From a virus (Duplodnaviria; Caudoviricetes): 31,944 nt of DNA. Shown here piece by piece: positions 26,015-31,944 of this stretch. Below the pieces are notes generated by a model that did no database searches, was not told the DNA's origin, and saw only the letters and a program-made list of their open reading frames with translations. The first letter of the stretch is position 1, and each line of letters starts with the position of its first letter. The stretch lies in IMG/VR virus record IMGVR_UViG_3300032320_002027, positions 1 to 31,944 of that record. One strand, given 5' to 3'. A program made the translations under genes and the position numbers.

Positions 26015-26311
26015 TCACTCCGTCGGCGGGCATTGATAGACGGTGCGCGGAAGCGGGCGGCACTTGCAGCCCTTGCGGGACTCGCAGCGCGCAAGCATCT
26101 CGCGAATCTCGCGCTTGAACTCCATGCAACGGTCGTTGTCCCCAGTAGCGAAGGCGTACGCGGTCGCGACGCCGAGCGATTCCACGGCGAACGCGCGCAG
26201 TTCCTCCAGCGACCATTCCTTCGCATTGCAGTCCAGGATATGGACGCGCCAATTGATTTCTTCCTCCAGGCGGTTCGTAATCTGGGACTGCGTGAAGTTC
26301 TTCGCGATCAT
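26015..26311 (-). CDS. Cassette gene 7, hypothetical protein, 98 aa
   Basis: Single ORF between leader copy 7 and a terminator. Confidence 0.8.
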   Translation of the reverse strand: MIAKNFTQSQITNRLEEEINWRVHILDCNAKEWSLEELRAFAVESLGVATAYAFATGDNDRCMEFKREIREMLARCESRKGCKCRPLPRTVYQCPPTE

Positions 26312-26430
26312 GGCTGGCACTCCGTTCGGTCCGCGTCGCCCGCGGCTGGCTGTCGGGGACTCCCGACACGGAGAAGATAGCGACACTCTGGAGCGTGTCA
26401 AGGCGTGTTGGACGATTCCCGTGGAAATAC
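26312..26430 (-). promoter_or_regulatory. Repeated promoter + structured leader, copy 7 (variant pseudoknot)
   Basis: GTCCA-N7-TTGACA (26401-396)-16-TATCTT; hairpin as copy 4; GCC-AG-CCGCG-GGCGA-CGCGG. Confidence 0.9.
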
Positions 26431-26655
26431 TCCGATTTGTCGGAGCGATTCCAGGTGGTCGCGAATAACCGCGCTGGAATCCGTTCCTTTGATCGTCGCC
26501 CACGAATACGCGCCAGAGGTGCGCGGCGTCGAAATGCTGAACCAAACGCGATACCAGCCGTCGCCCATGATGGAGCAAGGTGCTAGCCACGTTGTCATCC
26601 AATGCGTGTCCGAGCGGACAACGGAGCGCGCGGCGGTCGGCTTCGTGGCGTTCAT
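26398..26655 (-). CDS. Second gene of cassette 8, hypothetical protein, 85 aa
   Basis: TAATG coupling to the upstream ORF; the stop TGA lies inside the TTGACA of promoter copy 7. Confidence 0.6.
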   Translation of the reverse strand: MNATKPTAARSVVRSDTHWMTTWLAPCSIMGDGWYRVWFSISTPRTSGAYSWATIKGTDSSAVIRDHLESLRQIGVFPRESSNTP

Positions 26656-26861
26656 TACTTCGCCTCCGATCCGAGTGCGACCATATAGCCGCCCCAGTAG
26701 CCATGCCCCTTAAACCAGGTGACGCCGTCGGATCGGTCCGACAGTTCGTACATCTCCACGCCGACCACGGCGGAAATCGTTCCTTCGAACGACGCGCCGC
26801 CCCAGGGATTCACGAAGCGGACGCGGGTTCCGATTTCGAAGGTGGCGGGCGCGCTGTTCAT
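26655..26861 (-). CDS. Cassette gene 8, small SH3-like beta protein, 68 aa
   Basis: Follows leader copy 8; FEIGTRVRF...GTI...YEL pattern. Confidence 0.75.
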   Translation of the reverse strand: MNSAPATFEIGTRVRFVNPWGGASFEGTISAVVGVEMYELSDRSDGVTWFKGHGYWGGYMVALGSEAK

Positions 26862-26977
26862 TCGTTGCTCCATTCGATCCGCGTCGCCCGCGGCTGGCTG
26901 TCGGGGACTCCCGACACGGAGAAGATAGCGGGACTTCGGCGCGTGTCAACCACCAATGGACAGAATCCCAAGATTTC
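26862..26977 (-). promoter_or_regulatory. Repeated promoter + structured leader, copy 8 (variant pseudoknot)
   Basis: GTCCA-N7-TTGACA (26949-44)-16-TATCTT (26927-22); spacer identical to copy 5, leader identical to copy 7. Confidence 0.9.
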
Positions 26978-26990
26978 TTCGGATTCATTC

Positions 26991-27089
26991 GTCCATGTCC
27001 GCTTGACACGCGGCGCGGCGTCTGCTATCTTCCCCATGTCGCCACTACGGCGACAGCCAGGCGCGGGCGACGCGCGCGGAGTTTTCCGA
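26991..27089 (+). promoter_or_regulatory. Repeated promoter + structured leader, copy 9 (divergent from copy 8)
   Basis: GTCCA 26991-95, TTGACA 27003-08, 17 bp, TATCTT 27026-31; TGTCGCC-ACTAC-GGCGACA; GCC-AG-GCGCG-GGCGA-CGCGC. Confidence 0.9.
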
Positions 27090-27860
27090 ATGTCGTTCAT
27101 CCTCTCCCAAGTCCCGCCAGCCGCGCAGAATCGCTTGCTTTCTGCGCCGCACGGGCGGAACCAATGGTGCGGACCCGCGGCGGTTTCCGCCGTCACGGGC
27201 TGTTCCAGCGACCTGGCGGCGTTGCTGGTCGCGCAGGACCGCTACGGCGTCGATTGCGTCCGACGCCTCCGCGGCGTCCGTGGGACGTACACGCGCGAGG
27301 TTTGCAAGGTGCTGCGCGTCCTGGGCTGGCGCAGCGTGGTTTCCTGGTTCCGCTCCGAGGATCGCGAGACGTTCGCGGCGTGGACGTACCGAATGCGCGC
27401 GGACCGCCGTGCGTGGATCGTCTCCACGTCGGAACATTGGCTGGCGTTCCAGGGCGACCGCGTGGCGGACAATCGCGCGGGGCTGGTCCGCGCGGAGGAA
27501 AGCGCGCTGCGGCGCGGTCGCGTGGTGGAGGTCGTTTGCTGCTGGCGGACCGAATTGGTTGACTTCGCCGCGCTGGAGCGGTCGCTGCTGGACCAGGTGC
27601 GCGAGCAGCGACCCGCGGCGCGCGCGCGCGCGCGGACTACCTGGGAGGTCGCGACGGTCGCCGCCGACGGGCGCGAACACTCGCAGCACGGCTTCGCGTC
27701 GAAGCGCGCCGCGCTTGACTTCCTGCGGCGCATGAACGTCCCAGGCGGGACGGAGACGGAAACCCGCTGGGTCGGCGCGGTCGCGCTGCGCGTGGCGGAG
27801 ACGGGCGAACGCTGCGTGGTCGCGGAGCGCGGAGAGACGGACGCGTGGGCGGCGTCGTGA
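27090..27860 (+). CDS. Cassette gene 9, papain-fold (C39-like) cysteine peptidase domain protein, 256 aa
   Basis: NQWCGPAAVS ... EHWLAF ... VADN gives a plausible Cys-His-Asp triad. Confidence 0.6.
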   Translation: MSFILSQVPPAAQNRLLSAPHGRNQWCGPAAVSAVTGCSSDLAALLVAQDRYGVDCVRRLRGVRGTYTREVCKVLRVLGWRSVVSWFRSEDRETFAAWTYRMRADRRAWIVSTSEHWLAFQGDRVADNRAGLVRAEESALRRGRVVEVVCCWRTELVDFAALERSLLDQVREQRPAARARARTTWEVATVAADGREHSQHGFASKRAALDFLRRMNVPGGTETETRWVGAVALRVAETGERCVVAERGETDAWAAS

Positions 27861-27864
27861 TTCG

Positions 27865-27898
27865 GCGGGGCGCGCGCGGAAGCGCGCGTCCCGCATTC
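27865..27898 (+). terminator. Strong hairpin after cassette gene 9 (terminator-like, weak U tract)
   Basis: GCGGGGCGCGCGC-GGAA-GCGCGCGTCCCGC. Confidence 0.55.
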
Positions 27899-27900
27899 GG

Positions 27901-28017
27901 CATTCCGCGAGGAATGTCCAAAGTACCTTGACGGAGTTGGACGATAGCGGTATCGTCCGAATGCCTGGACTCACCAGGCGGGCTACGCGCAGCCGATGCG
28001 CGCGACGGAGTCAATAC
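27901..28017 (+). promoter_or_regulatory. Repeated promoter + structured leader, copy 10 (drives recombination/replication genes)
   Basis: GTCCA 27916-20, TTGACG 27928-33, 17 bp, TATCGT 27951-56; GCCTGG-ACTCA-CCAGGC; GGC-TA-CGCGCA-GCCGA-TGCGCG. Confidence 0.85.
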
Positions 28018-28146
28018 ATGGAAGACGGTTCCCCGTTCATCGATGTTACGCCGCTGGCGTTCATCATCCCGATGCTGGTTTGCCTGTTCTGCGATTGGCG
28101 CGCCTCGCGCGCCGCGAAGCGCGTCCGCGCGGAGGTGCGCCGATGA
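28018..28146 (+). CDS. Small single-TM peptide, 42 aa
   Basis: CGGAG SD after the leader; hydrophobic PLAFIIPMLVCLF and basic tail; ATGA overlap with the next gene. Confidence 0.6.
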   Translation: MEDGSPFIDVTPLAFIIPMLVCLFCDWRASRAAKRVRAEVRR

Positions 28147-28952
28147 CGCGCGGACCGCTGTTCATGTCGGAGGCGGAATACTCCGCGCTTCCTGGGCTGC
28201 GCGCTTCGTGGGTGAAGGTTCTCTGGCAATCGACGCCAGCGCACCTTCGCGCGAGGATGGAGGATTCCACGGATACCGACGCGTTCCGATTCGGGCGCGC
28301 CGTCCATTGCGCATTGCTGCGCCCGATGGACTACGCCGCGGAGTTCGTGGTATCCCCGAAGTTCGACCGTCGGACGAAGCAAGGGAAGGAAGACGCCGCC
28401 GCGTTCGAAGCGCGCTACGGCGGGGCTGGCGTCGCGATGATCGACCAGGACGAAGCCAACGGCGTCGAAGCCGTTCGGCGCGGCGTCCTGGCGAACCAGA
28501 CCGCCGTCGCGCTGCTGAACATGGCGGAGACGCGCGAGGCTGTCTACCTGGGCGAAATCGCTGGCTATCCGTGCAAGTGCCGCGTGGACGCCGTGGGTAA
28601 CGGCGTGTTGCTGGACGTGAAGACTTGCATATCCGCCGCGCCGCGCGCGTTCGCGCGGGCTTGCGCGGACTACGCGTACCATCTCCAGTTCGCGTTCTAT
28701 CGCGAAATCCTGCGCCAGAACGCCGTCCACGTCTCCGACGTGGTGCTGGTCGCCGCGGAGAAGTCCGCGCCGTACGCGGTCGCGCTCTACCGAATGCGTG
28801 AAGCGGACCTGGATGCCATGTTGCCCGTGGTCCAACGCGCTTGCGCGCTGTTCGCGGAGTGCGCCGACGCCGACCGCTGGGATGGCTACGGCGACGCCGT
28901 CCAGGAAATCGCGATGCCCGATTGGTCGATCCACGGAGGGAACACGCAATGA
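28143..28952 (+). CDS. RecE/exonuclease VIII-like PD-(D/E)XK nuclease (DUF3799-like)
   Basis: FGRAVHCALL, CKCRVD...LLDVKT, YHLQFAFY and AAEKSAPYAV motifs. Confidence 0.9.
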   Translation: MTRGPLFMSEAEYSALPGLRASWVKVLWQSTPAHLRARMEDSTDTDAFRFGRAVHCALLRPMDYAAEFVVSPKFDRRTKQGKEDAAAFEARYGGAGVAMIDQDEANGVEAVRRGVLANQTAVALLNMAETREAVYLGEIAGYPCKCRVDAVGNGVLLDVKTCISAAPRAFARACADYAYHLQFAFYREILRQNAVHVSDVVLVAAEKSAPYAVALYRMREADLDAMLPVVQRACALFAECADADRWDGYGDAVQEIAMPDWSIHGGNTQ

Positions 28953-29821
28953 CGAAGAAAGCCGAAGCCGCGGCGGTCGCCGCGCAGCCGTCCACGCCAG
29001 AGCCGCCGCGGTCGCTGTTCGCCGCGCTGCTGGAGGCGCAACGCGCCATCGGATCGGTCGGGAAGGACTCGCGGAACGACTTCCATAAGTACCGCTACGT
29101 TTCCGCCGAGGCGATGATTTCCGCTTGCCGCTCCGCGCTGTCGGACGGCGGGCTAACGGTGCGTCGCCGTTCGTGGGAACTCAGTCCCGACGGGCTGTTC
29201 GTCGTGTCGAAGTTCGAAATTGCCTACGCGCTCACGGGCGAATCCACCACCGATACCGTCCCCTGGGCGATTGTCGTGGAGAAAGGAAAGCCCGCGGATA
29301 AGGCGTTGGCGTCCGCGCTTACCACTTCGCTTTCGTACTGGCTGCGCGACTTGCTGCTGTTGCCGCGTGAAGAGGAAGACGCGATGGACCAGCGGAACGA
29401 CAAAACCGCCGAGACGGTCCACGGAATCCGACGCGCAGCCCCAGCGGTCGCCAACGTGTCCGCGCTGAACGAACGCGTTAAGGCGGTGCGCGAGAACCCG
29501 CCCGCGCAGTTCCAGACGGTCGCCGTTGCGGTGCAGGCGGAGCAGCCGACGCCGAAGCCCGAGCCGAAGCCCGAGCGAATCACCGTGGTCGGCAAACTGG
29601 AAAGCGTCTGGGACCGCGACGCGAACGGACAGGTTTGGCAGTTCGTCGGGCTGAACACGGACGGCGGATACCGCGAATACCTGGTGGACCGCGCCGTGGG
29701 AGACGTGTCCGACCTACTGGCGAAGACGGTTTCCGCCAACGTCCAGCCCCGCGAGGGGAAGGCGGGGCTAATTCTGTCGGTTGCCGAGATTGACGCGGGG
29801 ACGGGTGAAATCCTGTTCTAA
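28949..29821 (+). CDS. ERF-family single-strand annealing protein with C-terminal extension
   Basis: VGKDSRNDFHKYRYVS...KALASALTTSLSYWL...EED; paired with the RecE-like gene. Confidence 0.8.
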   Translation: MTKKAEAAAVAAQPSTPEPPRSLFAALLEAQRAIGSVGKDSRNDFHKYRYVSAEAMISACRSALSDGGLTVRRRSWELSPDGLFVVSKFEIAYALTGESTTDTVPWAIVVEKGKPADKALASALTTSLSYWLRDLLLLPREEEDAMDQRNDKTAETVHGIRRAAPAVANVSALNERVKAVRENPPAQFQTVAVAVQAEQPTPKPEPKPERITVVGKLESVWDRDANGQVWQFVGLNTDGGYREYLVDRAVGDVSDLLAKTVSANVQPREGKAGLILSVAEIDAGTGEILF

Positions 29822-30132
29822 CGGCGACGGATCGAAGGACGCGCCCGCTGCGAACCAGCGGGCGCGCCCGTTCACCGTCGCGGAGGCTCTGGGCGCGGCT
29901 GAAATCGTCTGGGTTACCACGGGCTTCCCCGTGGTCGTGGTGCGCGTAGGGATCGTCCTGGACCTGTTGCCAGGCGACCTAACGCCGCAGCGCGGACGCC
30001 TTGCGCGTCGCCTGGGACTGTCGCGCCCGCAATTTGAAGCGTTGGAAGCCGTCTGGACGCTGGCGGATGATTCAGTCCGCTTCGCGGCTGTCCTGGAGGC
30101 GGTACGCATCGTGAGAAACGGAAGGACTTCGG

Positions 30133-30624
30133 ATGCCCTGGATAAAGGTACGGACGAACCTCGCGGCGGACCCGCGGGTGGATGAAATCGCACGGAGGAC
30201 GGGGAGGACGGTGCAACACGTTCTGGGCGCGCTGGTCGCGCTCTGGTCGTTCGCGGACGAACACTCCACGGACGGACGCCTGGCGTTCGTGCGGCGCGAA
30301 CGGATCGACGCATTCTGCGGCGGGACGGACGCGGACTTCTCCAGCGCGCTGGAGGCTGTCGGATGGCTGGAGTTCCTTCCTGGGGTCGATTGCTTCGCCA
30401 TCCCGCGTTTCGCGGAACACAACGGGGAGAGCGCGAAGGCGCGGGCGCAGGGCGCGAAGCGCGTAGCACGCCACCGTTACGCAAGTGGTGGAGCGTGTAA
30501 CGCGTCCAGCGTTACAGAACAGCGCGAAGACGGTGAATCAAGTAACGGTGGACGCGTTACCAGAGAAGAGGAGAGAAGAGAAGAGAAGAAAAAGCGCGCG
30601 CGCGCTGGAGGCGGTGGACTATGA
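30133..30624 (+). CDS. Putative replication initiator (wHTH-type N-terminus)
   Basis: MPWIKVRTNL..DPRV...GALVALWSFAD...LEAVGWL...F..HNG pattern, internal iteron-like repeats, E/R/K-rich linker. Confidence 0.65.
   Translation: MPWIKVRTNLAADPRVDEIARRTGRTVQHVLGALVALWSFADEHSTDGRLAFVRRERIDAFCGGTDADFSSALEAVGWLEFLPGVDCFAIPRFAEHNGESAKARAQGAKRVARHRYASGGACNASSVTEQREDGESSNGGRVTREEERREEKKKRARAGGGGL
30463..30594. repeat. Candidate replication origin: inverted 19-bp iterons plus purine-only tract
   Basis: GTAACGCGTCCAGCGTTAC (30497-515) matches the reverse complement of 30542-560 at 18/19 positions; partial copy at 30463-480; A/G-only run about 30562-594. Confidence 0.6.
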
Positions 30625-31094
30625 ACGAATCCCCGACCTGGGAGGACGTGCGGCGGAAAATCAACGGGCTATGGTCGCGCTACGATCCGACGCCAGAGGA
30701 ACGCGAGTTCATTACGCGCCGCCTTTCGTCGCTGAACCAGCGGTGGTTGGACGCAGCGGTGGAGACGTACCGCGCGTCCAGTTCGTCGGGCGTGTTCCAT
30801 ATCGCGGAACTGCTGGAACACTATCGACGGATCGCGAACACGGGAACGGAGCGCGAGACGCGCAAGCGCGATCCAGAGGGCGGCGACGCCGCGCGCTGGG
30901 CTGCGGAGCGCGAGCGCGACCGCGTGGCGGCTATAGCCTTCCTGGAGCGCAGCGACCGCGAGCGAATCCGCGCGGCGGTCGGTGAACTGCGGAAGACGGG
31001 CTGGCTATCGCCCGATCCTCTACCGACCCGTTTCGATGAATGGGGAACGAACTCGCTATTTGCAGTCCAATCGCGCTTGACGCACGGCGCGTAG
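30621..31094 (+). CDS. Putative replication accessory (loader-like) protein, 157 aa
   Basis: ATGA overlap with the initiator; helical; position equivalent to lambda P. Confidence 0.5.
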   Translation: MNESPTWEDVRRKINGLWSRYDPTPEEREFITRRLSSLNQRWLDAAVETYRASSSSGVFHIAELLEHYRRIANTGTERETRKRDPEGGDAARWAAERERDRVAAIAFLERSDRERIRAAVGELRKTGWLSPDPLPTRFDEWGTNSLFAVQSRLTHGA

Positions 31095-31161
31095 ACAGTA
31101 TGATCCGACCAGCGGGATTCCCCCGCGGGCTTTGCGCAGCCGATGCGCCTGGAGTCTTTGA
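31065..31161 (+). promoter_or_regulatory. Repeated promoter + structured leader, copy 11 (upstream of csrA-like gene)
   Basis: GTCCA 31065-69, TTGACG 31077-82, 16 bp, TATGAT 31099-104; GCGGG-ATTCC-CCCGC; GGC-TTT-GCGCA-GCCGA-TGCGC. Confidence 0.8.
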
Positions 31162-31325
31162 ATGGAACCGACGTTCGCTACAATCCTGCGCGACTCCGAC
31201 GGCGCAGGGAATCCGACGCATGATGCGCCGCGCGCCTCCCAGGCGTTTCGCCTGGGATTCCCCCAAATGCCGATGGCTGGCGCGTTCCGCATTCACGCGC
31301 CAGCCTTCGGCGGGGAGGGCTTCCC

Positions 31326-31547
31326 GTGCTGGTGGTAACCGCAACGAAGCCGACCCGATTTGAGTTCCGCCGCGAAGGCGCGGACGCCGCCATCGGAACT
31401 ATGGAAGTGAGCGTGACGCGCAACGGTCGCGTTCGCGTCGCCCTGGACTTCCCGCGGGATATCCAGATTTGGCGCGGCGAACACGCCGACCAGATTTCCG
31501 AGCGTCGCCAGGCTGGTGGCAATCCCAACGGGAAGGAAGGTTCGTAA
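31326..31547 (+). CDS. CsrA/RsmA-like translational regulator, 73 aa
   Basis: MLVVT N-terminus and RVRVALDFPRDIQIWRGE align with CsrA MLVLT...VRIGI-x-AP-x-x-V-x-V-x-R-x-E; GGGAGG SD. Confidence 0.75.
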   Translation: MLVVTATKPTRFEFRREGADAAIGTMEVSVTRNGRVRVALDFPRDIQIWRGEHADQISERRQAGGNPNGKEGS

Positions 31548-31855
31548 TGGGCTTCGGTGGCAATGTCTCGCTTACGGAACGTCTGAAACGCCGCGCGGAC
31601 AAATGCGCGGAGGACGGCTACGAACGCGATAGCGCGCTGTTGCTGCTGGCTGCGGCGGAAATCGAATCGATGCGCGCGCAGATGTTCGACAATCTGGAGA
31701 CGGCGCGCGCCGCAATCGAACGCGTCACCGCCGAGCGCGACGAAGCGCGGCGCGAGGCTTGCGGGCTGTCGTTGGGTTCGCCCAGCGACCACGCGAAGCG
31801 GCGCGGCTGGGACTGCTACCCATCCAAGGAAGGGGATACACGCGATGGACGCTGA
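31547..31855 (+). CDS. Hypothetical coiled-coil protein, 102 aa
   Basis: TAATG coupling to the csrA-like gene; ERDEARREAC...RGWDC. Confidence 0.7.
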   Translation: MGFGGNVSLTERLKRRADKCAEDGYERDSALLLLAAAEIESMRAQMFDNLETARAAIERVTAERDEARREACGLSLGSPSDHAKRRGWDCYPSKEGDTRDGR

Positions 31856-31944
31856 AACGCAATCGGTCCTGGAGAGGCTGGGCAAAGCCGACGTGTTCGC
31901 GGATACGCCGAAGGAAACCCACGACACGATGGACGCCGCGGCGG
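31822..31944. repeat. Terminal direct repeat, right copy
   Basis: Identical to 1-123. Confidence 0.95.

Noticed and set aside
26580-27089. N-terminal 170 aa of the 426-aa ORF, and similar upstream extensions of other cassette ORFs
   Set aside because: They run through promoters and leaders or opposite-strand genes; the true starts follow the leader SD.
29781-30185. 134-aa ORF between ERF and the initiator
   Set aside because: No convincing start, RBS or motif. The region may code for something, but I cannot support boundaries.
31158-31338. First ORF after promoter 11
   Set aside because: Several short competing frames (TTG 31158, ATG 31162, ATG 31220) exist and none is clearly supported.

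Overview
This window looks like a complete, circularly assembled, GC-rich tailed dsDNA phage genome. Positions 1-123 repeat exactly at 31822-31944, giving about 31,821 unique bp. The minus strand from 24.7 kb to 4.5 kb is one virion/lysis operon. In order it carries a resolvase, membrane/holin/spanin-like genes, a Gly-rich fibre, small and large terminase, a portal-gpF fusion, prohead protease, HK97-fold capsid, a methyltransferase-glycosyltransferase fusion, neck genes, tail tube, a -1 frameshifted chaperone, a short tape measure and Cys-rich tail-tip genes. The plus strand from 27 kb through the join to 2 kb carries RecE-like, ERF, replication, CsrA-like and HTH genes. I recognised no integrase, DNA polymerase, endolysin, tRNA or CRISPR array. 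The main discovery is an 11-copy regulatory element made of a GTCCA-N7-TTGAC box on a sigma70-type promoter, followed by a 5' leader. The leader has a covarying hairpin joined to a small H-type pseudoknot that is supported by compensatory changes. It drives two arrays of promoter-ORF-terminator cassettes of small unknown genes (2.0-4.1 kb and 24.9-27.9 kb) as well as the recombination/replication and csrA operons. CCGG, GGCC and AGCT also appear to be strongly avoided. All calls come from reading the sequence by eye; no searches were run.
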